In this document: piece by piece, positions 18,519 through 26,923 of the stretch
Layout: each line of letters opens with the position of its first letter
How positions within the stretch are numbered: position 1 is the first letter of the stretch
Origin: Acidobacteriota bacterium
GTDB lineage: Bacteria; Acidobacteriota; UBA6911; JACQSX01
Length of the DNA stretch: 26,923 nucleotides
NCBI GenBank assembly: GCA_036507075.1
Contig: DASXQR010000030.1
Coordinates: 1 to 26,923, forward strand
Reading direction: 5' to 3'
The notes under the pieces: generated by a model
Database searches by the model: none
What the model was told of the DNA's origin: nothing
What the model saw: only the letters and a program-made list of their open reading frames with translations
Program-made: the position numbers and the translations under genes

Positions 18519-20627
18519 TTACTGAAAGTAGCCGTTGACATCCAAAATGAAATGAACTGTGCCGGAGGTTTGGACGCACCGCACGGTGAATGCTCCGCCT
18601 GAGCCGAGAACAATGATGGCGTTGTTGGCGCGGGTTTGGCCGAGCCGGTAGTTTATCGATGATGTATTGGGTATGGCAGTTCCGGTTGGATAAATACGCA
18701 GGTCTCCAGCAGCGGCAGTCGGCTGTGTGACCGTAAGGTTGACGGAAATGGCTTTGGCAGTGGAAGGAATGCCGCACTGGCCGGCCGCCACAAAGGACCG
18801 GTCCGCATTAGCAGACAGGGCCGGGCCGCCAAATGGACCGTTGGCATTACGGGTATCTAAAACGCGGCAGGGGGTCAGCGTAAAGAAATTACTGCCGGTA
18901 ACGGCCGCAGGAGGAACAATCTGTCCCCACCATGTTCCCCAACGGTCGAAACCTCCAGAGGGTGCAGCCGCATACTCCTGTATCGTCCACATGTCCGCGT
19001 CGTTAAGCGGATCCATCACAGTCTTGCTGTAATCGCCCCACCGGTTTTCGGTCCCTGAAAAAGTCTTTACGTACAGGGCCTCGCCGGCCTTCAGTGCCAC
19101 GTCATCCTGAAGCGTATTGGCGGGATCGGTTGCGCTTCGGAACGAGTAAGCTGCGCTCGCAAATTGAGCTGACGAAAACCGCGAGTAGCCGATCAACATG
19201 TCGCCGTTCTTGTTCACCGTGAGGCTGGGATAAGCGAAATGTTTGCCCCCGTTTGTTTGTGTAGCCGTTGGATCTTCGATTCTTCCCTGTTGCAGGATCG
19301 CGGTGCTGGAAGGATTGGAATCCAACTGCCACCACTGCGCGGCCGCGCGGGTGGGAGTAATACCCGCAGGAAGCGTGACATTCTGAGCGCACCAGACTGA
19401 AGTCACCCCGCCCACGGTTCGCACCACTACAGACTGCATTCGCGCATCTCCCACGTCAATCCTGCGGGCAGTGCCACTCTGGGGCAAGAATTCACCAGAT
19501 GGAACCGCCCACGATCCAAGACCGGAGGTGATGATTGCCGTATTCAGAGTAAGTGTCGGCGCAGACGGAGGTGATCCGACCAGCGTGGACTTGCTGATAG
19601 TTCCAGAGGCGCTGCTGATGTGGCGCACCAGGAAGACCGTATTGGAAATATTGTCGTAGGTCACGGCGGGCACCAGCGTAAAAGGAATAGTGACGGAGTT
19701 GAATGTGAAACCGGATCCGGTGTTGGCGTAAACACCGGCTTTGTCGAAAGCATACACCTGGCCGCGGACAAAGGCATTGGCGGCGTTGGTGAACATGTTG
19801 ACCGAAACGACGATCCAGTCCTTGTTAAACCCGAGTGTCGGATAATCGGCCCATAACGTATCGGTGTTATCAGCATCGAAACGAAAAAGATTCCACTGGC
19901 CGGTGGGATCGCTCGTCTGGCTTGCGCCGATACAGACCGACGAATTGCCGTTTTCCGGATCAGACACGATTGCAAATATCCACCGGTTCGCGAAGGGATC
20001 GTACAACACGTGAGGATCTGTTGTTCCAGTTGAACCTGCCGGAAGCACAGGGCTCCAGAAACTAAAGGTCGAAGTAGTGCTGACAGTTGCACCCGCCGGC
20101 CTTGACTGAATTCGCACCTGGGAATTCAGCGCGACCATCAGGTGGTTTGGACCCACGGCGCCGTTTGTATCCGGCGGAATAGTCGTGTTGTTGTCATTGA
20201 GCGCTTGAAAGCTTGATGTCGCTGGAGGGGAGACTACCGACCGTGGGACAACACCTTCTCTCTTTGCCGCTTCGCTACCGGGAGGTTTTACATCTGAAGG
20301 CAAAGGCACATCGTTGGGATCTCGCAGGAACGGATGAACAACATGCGGCTCAGGCAAGGTCGGAAGCACTAATTGCGCCTTGGATAATTGATCGAAGTTA
20401 ACTGTGGCGGAATCGGTCGGAACAACGGGTTCCCCGGCCAGTTCAATCCCGGTTTGCTGGCCTGTGGGCGCCCCGGTCCTGCTCTGTGCTCCGGCAAACA
20501 TCCACAATCCCACATAGTGCAGAAGGGCTATCGCTGCGGACAACCGAATCCAGACTGGGACTAACGTGCAATGTCTGGATCGGGCTTGGCCTTGGCGTCC
20601 TGCGGATGCGCGCACAGTTTTTCTCAT
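18519..20627 (-). CDS. Secreted 702-aa protein with an uncharacterised beta-rich (probably propeller) domain plus the shared C-terminal domain
   Basis: Long signal peptide; motifs PPDTNGAVGPNH, DPHVLYD...RW, DYPTLG, RWGDYS...DP...WTIQEY; C-terminal domain at 18519-18887. Confidence 0.85.
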   Translation of the reverse strand: MRKTVRASAGRQGQARSRHCTLVPVWIRLSAAIALLHYVGLWMFAGAQSRTGAPTGQQTGIELAGEPVVPTDSATVNFDQLSKAQLVLPTLPEPHVVHPFLRDPNDVPLPSDVKPPGSEAAKREGVVPRSVVSPPATSSFQALNDNNTTIPPDTNGAVGPNHLMVALNSQVRIQSRPAGATVSTTSTFSFWSPVLPAGSTGTTDPHVLYDPFANRWIFAIVSDPENGNSSVCIGASQTSDPTGQWNLFRFDADNTDTLWADYPTLGFNKDWIVVSVNMFTNAANAFVRGQVYAFDKAGVYANTGSGFTFNSVTIPFTLVPAVTYDNISNTVFLVRHISSASGTISKSTLVGSPPSAPTLTLNTAIITSGLGSWAVPSGEFLPQSGTARRIDVGDARMQSVVVRTVGGVTSVWCAQNVTLPAGITPTRAAAQWWQLDSNPSSTAILQQGRIEDPTATQTNGGKHFAYPSLTVNKNGDMLIGYSRFSSAQFASAAYSFRSATDPANTLQDDVALKAGEALYVKTFSGTENRWGDYSKTVMDPLNDADMWTIQEYAAAPSGGFDRWGTWWGQIVPPAAVTGSNFFTLTPCRVLDTRNANGPFGGPALSANADRSFVAAGQCGIPSTAKAISVNLTVTQPTAAAGDLRIYPTGTAIPNTSSINYRLGQTRANNAIIVLGSGGAFTVRCVQTSGTVHFILDVNGYFQ

Positions 20628-20835
20628 GTGCTTCTGTTTCGTTTATCTTGACGGCAATAATCGAAGATGGACCGCACTCAACTCTGAGCGGCAAAGCCAG
20701 GAAATTGACAAATCATGTCACTGTTCACCCAATTTTCCAAGGCCATATATGCCCCTGGCGCTGCGGCAAGACGCGACACACCTCGTCTGAGAGATGGGCG
20801 CGATAAATCGCGTCGTGGATGGGGCGCTGATGTTT

Positions 20836-20973
20836 GATGGGCTATGCCGCACTGGTTTGCCACCGTAAAAAGTCCGATCCGTGTTTGTCGAAAGCGCGGG
20901 CCCGCCGTATGGGCCGGCGGCGTTGCGGGTATCGGCGACGCGGCACGGAAGTCACGGTGTGAAAGTTGATGCC
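20836..20973 (-). pseudogene. Isolated, frameshifted fragment of the shared C-terminal domain
   Basis: INFHTVT/PCRVADTRNAAGPYGGPALSTNTDRTF/TVANQCGI/PI with three 1-bp insertions; closest to ~12081-12215 of the second protease. Confidence 0.8.
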
Positions 20974-21127
20974 TGCGAGAGCGCCGGCGCGGCAATCGTT
21001 TCGGTAATTCCGATCACGTAATCCAAAAGTGTGCTCGCCCGCACACAGAGGATGGGGGTCGATCAGGCTACCATCATTCCAAAATCACTAATTTTCCGCG
21101 ACGCGTAGGAGTTGGGAAGGCTTTTTT

Positions 21128-22564
21128 ATGAAGTCCTCCATACTGTGTTTCCTGTGGACTACTCTGCTGGTTTGCCAGGTCGCTGGTCCTGCGCATGCCG
21201 CCACGGTGAAACTGGCTTGGGATCCCAATACCGAACCTGACCTGGCTGGATATAACGTCTACCGATCTCAGACGTCAGGATCGGGCTATTCACGTCTCAA
21301 CGGTGGTTTAGTTCTCACCCCTTCTTACAATGATGCCGCGGCTGGGAGCGGTCAGACCTACTTTTATGTGGTCACAGCCGTCAATGCGCTTGCATCGGAG
21401 AGCGGTTTTTCCAACGAGGTAACGGCTGTCGTTGGGTTCCCCGATCTGGCGATCAGCAAGACCCATGCCGGCAGTTTCCCCGTTGGCGCCAATGGTCTCT
21501 ACACGGTGACGGTGAGCAATGTTGGATCTGCTGCCAGCAGCGGAACGATCACGGTAACCGATACACTGCCCATCGGTCTGAGCTTTATTTCGGGCTCGGG
21601 CACAGGCTGGAGCTTCGCGGCTTCCGGCCAGACAGTTACCTGCCTCAACACTGGATCCGTTGCTGCAGGCGCCAGCAGCGTCTTTACCCTGACAGTCGGT
21701 GTCGGGTCTGCAGCCTTTCCGGCCGTCACGAATATTGCCGCCATTTCGAATTTGAGTGACCTGAATCCGGCTAACAACAACGCAAGCGACCCGACGACGG
21801 TTACGCAGCCTCCCCTGACACCTGACCTGGCGATCAGTAAGAGCCACAGCGGCAGCTTTAGAGTGGGCACAAATGGCGTCTACACGCTGACGGTGACCAA
21901 TGTTGGTTCTGCCGCCAGCAGTGGAACGATCACGGTGACCGATAACCTGCCCGCCGGTTTGAGCTTTGTTTCAGGTGCTGGCACAGGCTGGATCTGCGCG
22001 GCTGCCGGCCAGGTGGTTACATGCACCAACACTGGATCCATTGCTGCTGGCGCGAACAGAGTCATTACGCTGACAGTGAGCGTCGGCGCTGCAGCCTTTC
22101 CATCCATCACAAATGTTGCTACTGTGTCGAATTCGAGTGATCTCAATTCAGCTAACAATAACGCAAGCGACCCGACGATAGTCACCCAGGCGACCTATTT
22201 TTATACGCTCACGCCCTGCCGAGTGCTCGACACTCGGAATCCGAACGGTCCTTTCGGAGGGCCCGCTCTGGTCGCTGGCGCAACTCGCACTTTCACGATA
22301 TCCGGCCGGTGCGCTATTCCCTCAACAGCTAAAGCGGTTTCCATAAACATTACCGTCACAGCGGCAACCGTTGATGGGCATCTCCGGCTCTACCCGGGCG
22401 GTACTCCGCTTCCTCTGGTCTCCAGTATCAACTATCCGGCCGGAAGAACGCGCGCCAACAACGGCATCATTACTTTAGGTGCGCTTGGAGATATTGCTGT
22501 CCGCTCTTTCCAACCCTCTGGTACGGCGCACTTGATTATTGATGTGAACGGCTACTTCCAGTAA
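21128..22564 (+). CDS. Secreted FN3 plus 2x DUF11 (Ig-like) repeat protein with the shared C-terminal domain; adhesin/stalk-like
   Basis: Signal peptide ending GPAHA; FN3 LAWDPNTEPDLAGYNVYRS...YFYVVTAVN...ESGFSNEV; two DLAISK...YTxTVxNxG...VTDxLPxGLSF...DLNxANNxASD units; C-terminal domain at 22199-22564. Confidence 0.88.
   Translation: MKSSILCFLWTTLLVCQVAGPAHAATVKLAWDPNTEPDLAGYNVYRSQTSGSGYSRLNGGLVLTPSYNDAAAGSGQTYFYVVTAVNALASESGFSNEVTAVVGFPDLAISKTHAGSFPVGANGLYTVTVSNVGSAASSGTITVTDTLPIGLSFISGSGTGWSFAASGQTVTCLNTGSVAAGASSVFTLTVGVGSAAFPAVTNIAAISNLSDLNPANNNASDPTTVTQPPLTPDLAISKSHSGSFRVGTNGVYTLTVTNVGSAASSGTITVTDNLPAGLSFVSGAGTGWICAAAGQVVTCTNTGSIAAGANRVITLTVSVGAAAFPSITNVATVSNSSDLNSANNNASDPTIVTQATYFYTLTPCRVLDTRNPNGPFGGPALVAGATRTFTISGRCAIPSTAKAVSINITVTAATVDGHLRLYPGGTPLPLVSSINYPAGRTRANNGIITLGALGDIAVRSFQPSGTAHLIIDVNGYFQ
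21440..22189 (+). repeat. Intragenic direct duplication (381-bp period) encoding the two DUF11 domains
   Basis: 21440-21808 and 21821-22189 align colinearly at DNA and protein level. Confidence 0.9.
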
Positions 22565-22759
22565 CCGCTGAGGCTCGGTGAAACCGATGCGCATCGGCGA
22601 CTGCAAATCGGTAATTCCTACCCCTTGATGGAAGGACGAGGAAAGGGGAACCGCGCCGGTTCAATAGTGTGAAAAAATTCACCGCGATGGCGCAATGGCG
22701 CGAAAGCGAAAATCCCTCAGTTTTCCTTGCGTTCTTGGCGGTCAATTTTCTCGCCTGGG

Positions 22760-23962
22760 TTACCCTTGGGAGACTTCCTCAATGGACCTTCGGTATATCT
22801 CGGTAACTCTGTCCCATGAGTAATTCGCCGCCACATATTGCCGGCCGCGTTCTCCCATCAGCACTCTGGAATCCGGATTTTCGGCGAGCATGTCGAGCAC
22901 CTGCCGGAGCGAGATTGCGTCATGGAATAATAATCCGCCGCCGCTGTCACGCACATGTCGCTCCATCACGCTGGAGCCGCTTCTTGCGATCACCGCTTTC
23001 CCGTGTGCCCAGGTTTCCAGCGCTGAGAGGCTGAGGCTTTCGTAAAGGGAAGGCAGGACCAGGGCGATGCAATTGCTGAGCAGCCACTCCTTCTGTGATT
23101 CACTGACCTCTCCCAGCAAATGCAATCGAGGATGCTTCGGCAGGCGCAGCACCGGAGTGCCTGCAAACACCAGCGAGCAGCGATTTGGTTCGTTTTGCTC
23201 CCGAAAAGCGCTCGACCCGTTCAGAAACCAGTCCGTCAGTTCTCTCACGCCCTTGTTGAGGTCCACCCGCCCCAGGTAAAGGAAAAATTTCTCCGGCTCC
23301 AACATCTGTGGAATGTTTGCAGACCTGGCCGGCGCCGCTGCCGCCAAAGGCAGTTCCACACCTATTCCGGCCACTTCGGAGGGAACCTGGCTGTTTCCAA
23401 AGGTTTTGTGTACCAGCAGTCGTTCTGCTTCCGTGTTGAATAGGATCTTTCTGGGGGAATGAAAAATCGGGCGAAAAATCGAAAAATACAGTTGCAGTTC
23501 ATCGTGGGCGGTCGGCACAAGGATGCTGCGCTCGGGGGCGATGGTGATGCCATCGACGGTGGTGGGGTAGAGGTAGGTAAAGAACAAGACAGCGGCGTAT
23601 GACGAGCGTAACTCCTCCAGATGGCGGTACAAGCCCGGCGCGATCGGTCCTTGATAGCGCATCCAGAGGCGCTCGTCCTCCAGCGTGTGCGGTTTGTTGT
23701 AGACCTTCTTGCACATGCGGTGAAACCGCCAATGCCGGCGGAAGCCTTCGACGCGAAAACGCAGGATCTTCACTTCATTGAAGACGCTGGGGCCCTCGGG
23801 GTAATGATTCTTCCAGTCGTAATAATCCCGCGCGCAGGTGGTCAGTACCTCGACGTCATAAAACGGAGTCAAATGCTCCGCCACCGCCCGGCAGAGCGAC
23901 TCGGAGCCCCCGATCACTTCCTTTCCGTAGCGCTGAATTACAAAGGCAATTTTCTTTTTCAT
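22760..23962 (-). CDS. Glycosyltransferase family 4
   Basis: IAFVIQRYG...GGSE; LYLGRVDLNKG; EX7E motif ESLSLSALE. Probable ATG at 23962 (ORF track starts at 24073). Confidence 0.92.
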   Translation of the reverse strand: MKKKIAFVIQRYGKEVIGGSESLCRAVAEHLTPFYDVEVLTTCARDYYDWKNHYPEGPSVFNEVKILRFRVEGFRRHWRFHRMCKKVYNKPHTLEDERLWMRYQGPIAPGLYRHLEELRSSYAAVLFFTYLYPTTVDGITIAPERSILVPTAHDELQLYFSIFRPIFHSPRKILFNTEAERLLVHKTFGNSQVPSEVAGIGVELPLAAAAPARSANIPQMLEPEKFFLYLGRVDLNKGVRELTDWFLNGSSAFREQNEPNRCSLVFAGTPVLRLPKHPRLHLLGEVSESQKEWLLSNCIALVLPSLYESLSLSALETWAHGKAVIARSGSSVMERHVRDSGGGLLFHDAISLRQVLDMLAENPDSRVLMGERGRQYVAANYSWDRVTEIYRRSIEEVSQG

Positions 23963-24093
23963 TCGCGGATTGATCGATCTGATGATAATGGAAGCCGTTG
24001 GAAAGTGGAATGATCGCTTCTCAGATTCTGTGTCCTGTGTGTGACAAGTTGGCAAATTCTTGTTTTTTGGCAAAGTTTTTTAAGCCATCCACG

Positions 24094-24246
24094 TCCACGA
24101 GCTGCCACGAAGACACGAAGACACGAAGAGTTTCCGAATTTATCCTGAAGTGACACGTCGCGAAATCCACTATCATGTTCCTAAAAGTGGCACTCTAAAA
24201 TCAGTTTAGATTTTCGTGTCTTCGTGCCTTCGTGGCAGCTCGTGGA
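24094..24246. repeat. 34-bp inverted repeat built of CACGAAG[AG] units between divergent GT4 genes
   Basis: 24094-24127 tccacgagctgccacgaagacacgaagacacgaa versus the reverse complement of 24213-24246 (1 mismatch). Confidence 0.85.
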
Positions 24247-24354
24247 TCTGCGCGGCTTGGTTGCGGCCTGCGGCCGGGTTGTGCCCTTGTGGTGACTGAA
24301 GCTTTGACTCACTACCAAGGCTCAGAGGACGCAGACGCTCAACACACCGACTTC

Positions 24355-25515
24355 ATGGTCATAGGATTTGACGCAAGGCCCGCGGCTCGACCTGCTTCAA
24401 GGAAGCGGGGTGTCGGCATGTACACCGGCAAACTGTATCAGGCTCTGAGTGAAAGAAATCGAGCGGTGGGGTCTCCGCATCGCTTCGTCGTTGCTCTTTC
24501 CAGAGGAATGCCGGCGCCGGCCTTTGACGACTGCGATTATTTGCCTGCCGTCAAGAGGCCTTCGCGAGCTCAGTGGGTGGTGGATCGGCATACTTTGCCG
24601 GGATTTCTGTCCAGGAACAAAATCGAGATTTTTCATGCGACAGATTTCACATCCATTCCCGTTTCCTCATCGTCGCGCATTATCGCTCACGTCCACGACA
24701 TGATTCCGTTCATTTTCTGGAAGCAATATGCCCCGCGTATTCCGGTAGATTTCAGGTGGGCGCTCAAACAGGCCAGGCGTCGCATGCTGAAGGCGGATCG
24801 CGTCATCACGGACTCGTATGCCTCGATGAGGGATATCGCCGAAATTTCGGGTTACCCGCCCGATCGGATCCGGGTTGTTTATTTCGGACCCGCCGCCAGC
24901 GACAGCGCCGAAATCGCGTCTGGCCGGCCGGGAAAACTGTCTCCCTACTTGAACGGCCTCACGAGCCGGCCCTATTTTCTCTATGTGGGCGGCACGGATT
25001 TCAGGAAGAATGTTCCTTTCCTGATACGCGCCTTTAGCCGGTTTTCAGAAAAACACGCCGAAGCCGGGCTGTTGTTGGTCGGGGAAACGTTCCGAATGCG
25101 CGGCATTCGGGAAGTCGAGGAGATTTATAGTGAGATAAGTCGTTGCGGATTAGAGGATCGCGTGCACATTACCGGCTTTGTTGACGAAGAATCCCTGTGT
25201 GCCCTGTACAGAGGTGCGCTGGCGCTGGTGTTTCCTTCCCTGTACGAAGGCTTCGGAGTGCCGGTACTCGAGTCTATGGCGCTGGGAACTCCGGTATTGG
25301 CCGCGCAGACGTCGAGCATACCGGAAATACTGGGAGAGGCCGGTTTGTACTTCGATCCACTGGAGGAAGACACGCTGGTAGATCAATTGGAAGTAGTCTA
25401 CACGGGCGGCGCGCTGCGAGAGCGCTTAAGAACGCAGGCGCGTCTCAGGGCCGAACAGTTCTCCTGGGAAAAAGCAGCGGAGGAAGTTTTCCGGATCTAT
25501 GAAGAACTTTTTTGA
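24355..25515 (+). CDS. Glycosyltransferase family 4 (mannosyltransferase WbdB/MtfB-like group)
   Basis: MVIGFDARP...[39 protein letters not shown]. Probable ATG at 24355. Confidence 0.92.
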   Translation: MVIGFDARPAARPASRKRGVGMYTGKLYQALSERNRAVGSPHRFVVALSRGMPAPAFDDCDYLPAVKRPSRAQWVVDRHTLPGFLSRNKIEIFHATDFTSIPVSSSSRIIAHVHDMIPFIFWKQYAPRIPVDFRWALKQARRRMLKADRVITDSYASMRDIAEISGYPPDRIRVVYFGPAASDSAEIASGRPGKLSPYLNGLTSRPYFLYVGGTDFRKNVPFLIRAFSRFSEKHAEAGLLLVGETFRMRGIREVEEIYSEISRCGLEDRVHITGFVDEESLCALYRGALALVFPSLYEGFGVPVLESMALGTPVLAAQTSSIPEILGEAGLYFDPLEEDTLVDQLEVVYTGGALRERLRTQARLRAEQFSWEKAAEEVFRIYEELF

Positions 25516-25518
25516 AGT

Positions 25519-25598
25519 CACGAATTACGAGTTGATCACGAATTACACGAATTACGAGTTGATCACGAATTACACGAATTAAACGAATTACACGAATC
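25519..25598 (+). repeat. Tandem CACGAATTA-type repeat filling the intergenic gap
   Basis: About seven acgaatt cores, including a duplicated cacgaattacgagttgatcacgaattacacgaatta unit. Confidence 0.85.
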
Positions 25599-25601
25599 AT
25601 T

Positions 25602-26771
25602 ATGTTGCACGTGGGAATTGATTGCAGGCCGCTGCAGGAAGGGGCGGCCGGGGTGCGGACGTACCTGCGGGGGTTGCTGCGTGAGTTTGCCCGCTTCTCG
25701 AATCTGCAGGTTACGTGCTTCTGCTCGCGGGCCCTTCCAGCCGTGGAACTGGGAATCAGCTCGCCGCACGTGACGCTGGTAAACGTTGCCGGCCGGTGGG
25801 TGAACAACTGGTTCTGGACGGAATGGCAGTTGCCGCGCGCCGTAATGAAGTCAAACAGCGAGTGGGAAAGGAGCGCGCAACGGCCGCGGGTTCGGGAAGC
25901 GGGAGGCGCCAGGACGCGGCCGATCGATCTTTTCCATTTCCCTGCCTACACGGCTTCATCGCGCCTTTCATGCCGCACCGTGGTAAGCGTGCATGATGTC
26001 AGCTATGCGGCGCATCCGGAATGGTATCCAAATCGCTCCGGGAGGGTGCGGCAGCGCTTTTACCGCGTTTCCGCCGAAGAAGCCGACGCCGTGATTACTA
26101 TGTCGCAGTTTTCCAAAAGTGAAATCATGCGCGTGTACTCGGTGGCCGAGGAAGACATCTACCCCATTTATCTTGCTTCCGGACTGCAGGACGTCAAACC
26201 GGCCCCGCGATGGGATCGACCGGAAAAACTATCGCGCTATCTGCTTCATGTCGGTGACCTGCATCGGCGCCGCAATCTGGTGACTGCTCTGGAGGCGTTC
26301 CATCGGGCCGAGCCGGATCCCGACCTTGACTTTGTGATGGTGGGGAAGGATCTTGGCGGGCGGGCTGAAATCGAAGAGCGCGCCGGGGCACTGGGAATTC
26401 TGCCCCGCCTTCATTTCCTGCAGGATCTGCCCGTCGATCAGATGCCCCATTACTATCAAAATGCGGTTGCGCTGATCTACCCGTCGCTCTACGAAGGCTT
26501 TGGATTGCCGCTTCTGGAAGCAATGCAGTGGCAGTGTCCGGTGGTAGCGTCGCGCGTGGCTTCCATTCCTGAAGTGGCCGGGGATGGAGCCTGGCTGGTG
26601 GATCCGCTTAATCCAGACGAAATTGCCGAGGGCATTCGGGCGATTCTGCGCCAGCCTGAGACGCGCCAGCGTTTCATCGAAAAGGGCCTGAAGCGAGCCG
26701 CCCTGTTCACCTGGCGAAAAACCGCAGAGCAGACCGCCGAGGTTTACCGGCAGGTTTGCGGGGGGGAGTGA
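25602..26771 (+). CDS. Glycosyltransferase family 4 (mannosyltransferase WbdB/MtfB-like group)
   Basis: [11 protein letters not shown]...[38 protein letters not shown]. Confidence 0.92.
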   Translation: MLHVGIDCRPLQEGAAGVRTYLRGLLREFARFSNLQVTCFCSRALPAVELGISSPHVTLVNVAGRWVNNWFWTEWQLPRAVMKSNSEWERSAQRPRVREAGGARTRPIDLFHFPAYTASSRLSCRTVVSVHDVSYAAHPEWYPNRSGRVRQRFYRVSAEEADAVITMSQFSKSEIMRVYSVAEEDIYPIYLASGLQDVKPAPRWDRPEKLSRYLLHVGDLHRRRNLVTALEAFHRAEPDPDLDFVMVGKDLGGRAEIEERAGALGILPRLHFLQDLPVDQMPHYYQNAVALIYPSLYEGFGLPLLEAMQWQCPVVASRVASIPEVAGDGAWLVDPLNPDEIAEGIRAILRQPETRQRFIEKGLKRAALFTWRKTAEQTAEVYRQVCGGE

Positions 26772-26908
26772 GGGATGGAGGGATGGAGGGACGGAGGGAT
26801 GGAGGGACGGAGGGATGGAGGGACGGAGGGCTGGAGGGATGGAGGGGATGGAGGGATGGCGGGATGGAGGGATGGAGGGACGGAGGGAGGGAGGGATGGA
26901 GGGATGGA
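26771..26908 (+). repeat. Purine-rich 8-nt tandem repeat (GGGA[TC]GGA)n
   Basis: Roughly 16-17 imperfect gggatgga/gggacgga units right after the GT4 stop. Confidence 0.9.
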
Positions 26909-26923
26909 AGGCTGTGAACCAAT

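Noticed and set aside
20836..20973. DGR template repeat for the C-terminal domains
   Set aside because: No reverse transcriptase in the window; differences from the 12.1-kb copy include C/T changes and indels, not only adenine positions.
26707..26922. 71-aa Pro/Ser-rich minus-strand ORF
   Set aside because: It is only the translation of the G-rich tandem repeat.

Overview
A GC-rich bacterial cell-surface locus; an Acidobacteriota-like host is my inference only. Eight ORFs end in the same ~120-aa C-terminal domain (F[FYH]TLTPCRxxDTR...CG[IV]P...NxTV...AN...H[FL]I[IL]DVxGYFQ-stop). Their N-terminal parts are an SBBP beta-propeller, an FG-GAP propeller, two matrixin-like Zn proteases, FN3 plus 2x DUF11, two unknown domains, and in one case only a signal peptide. 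These genes are interleaved with glycosylation genes: three GT4s, a DPM1-like GT2-methyltransferase fusion, and three partial or broken GT-C (ArnT/PMT-like) paralogs. The window also holds an AbrB/PIN (vapBC-type) toxin-antitoxin pair, REP-like palindrome clusters, short tandem repeats, and several deleted, frameshifted or strand-flipped relics of the same paralog families. The best candidate for an undescribed system is a C-terminal-tag surface display/anchoring system linked to a glycan pathway.
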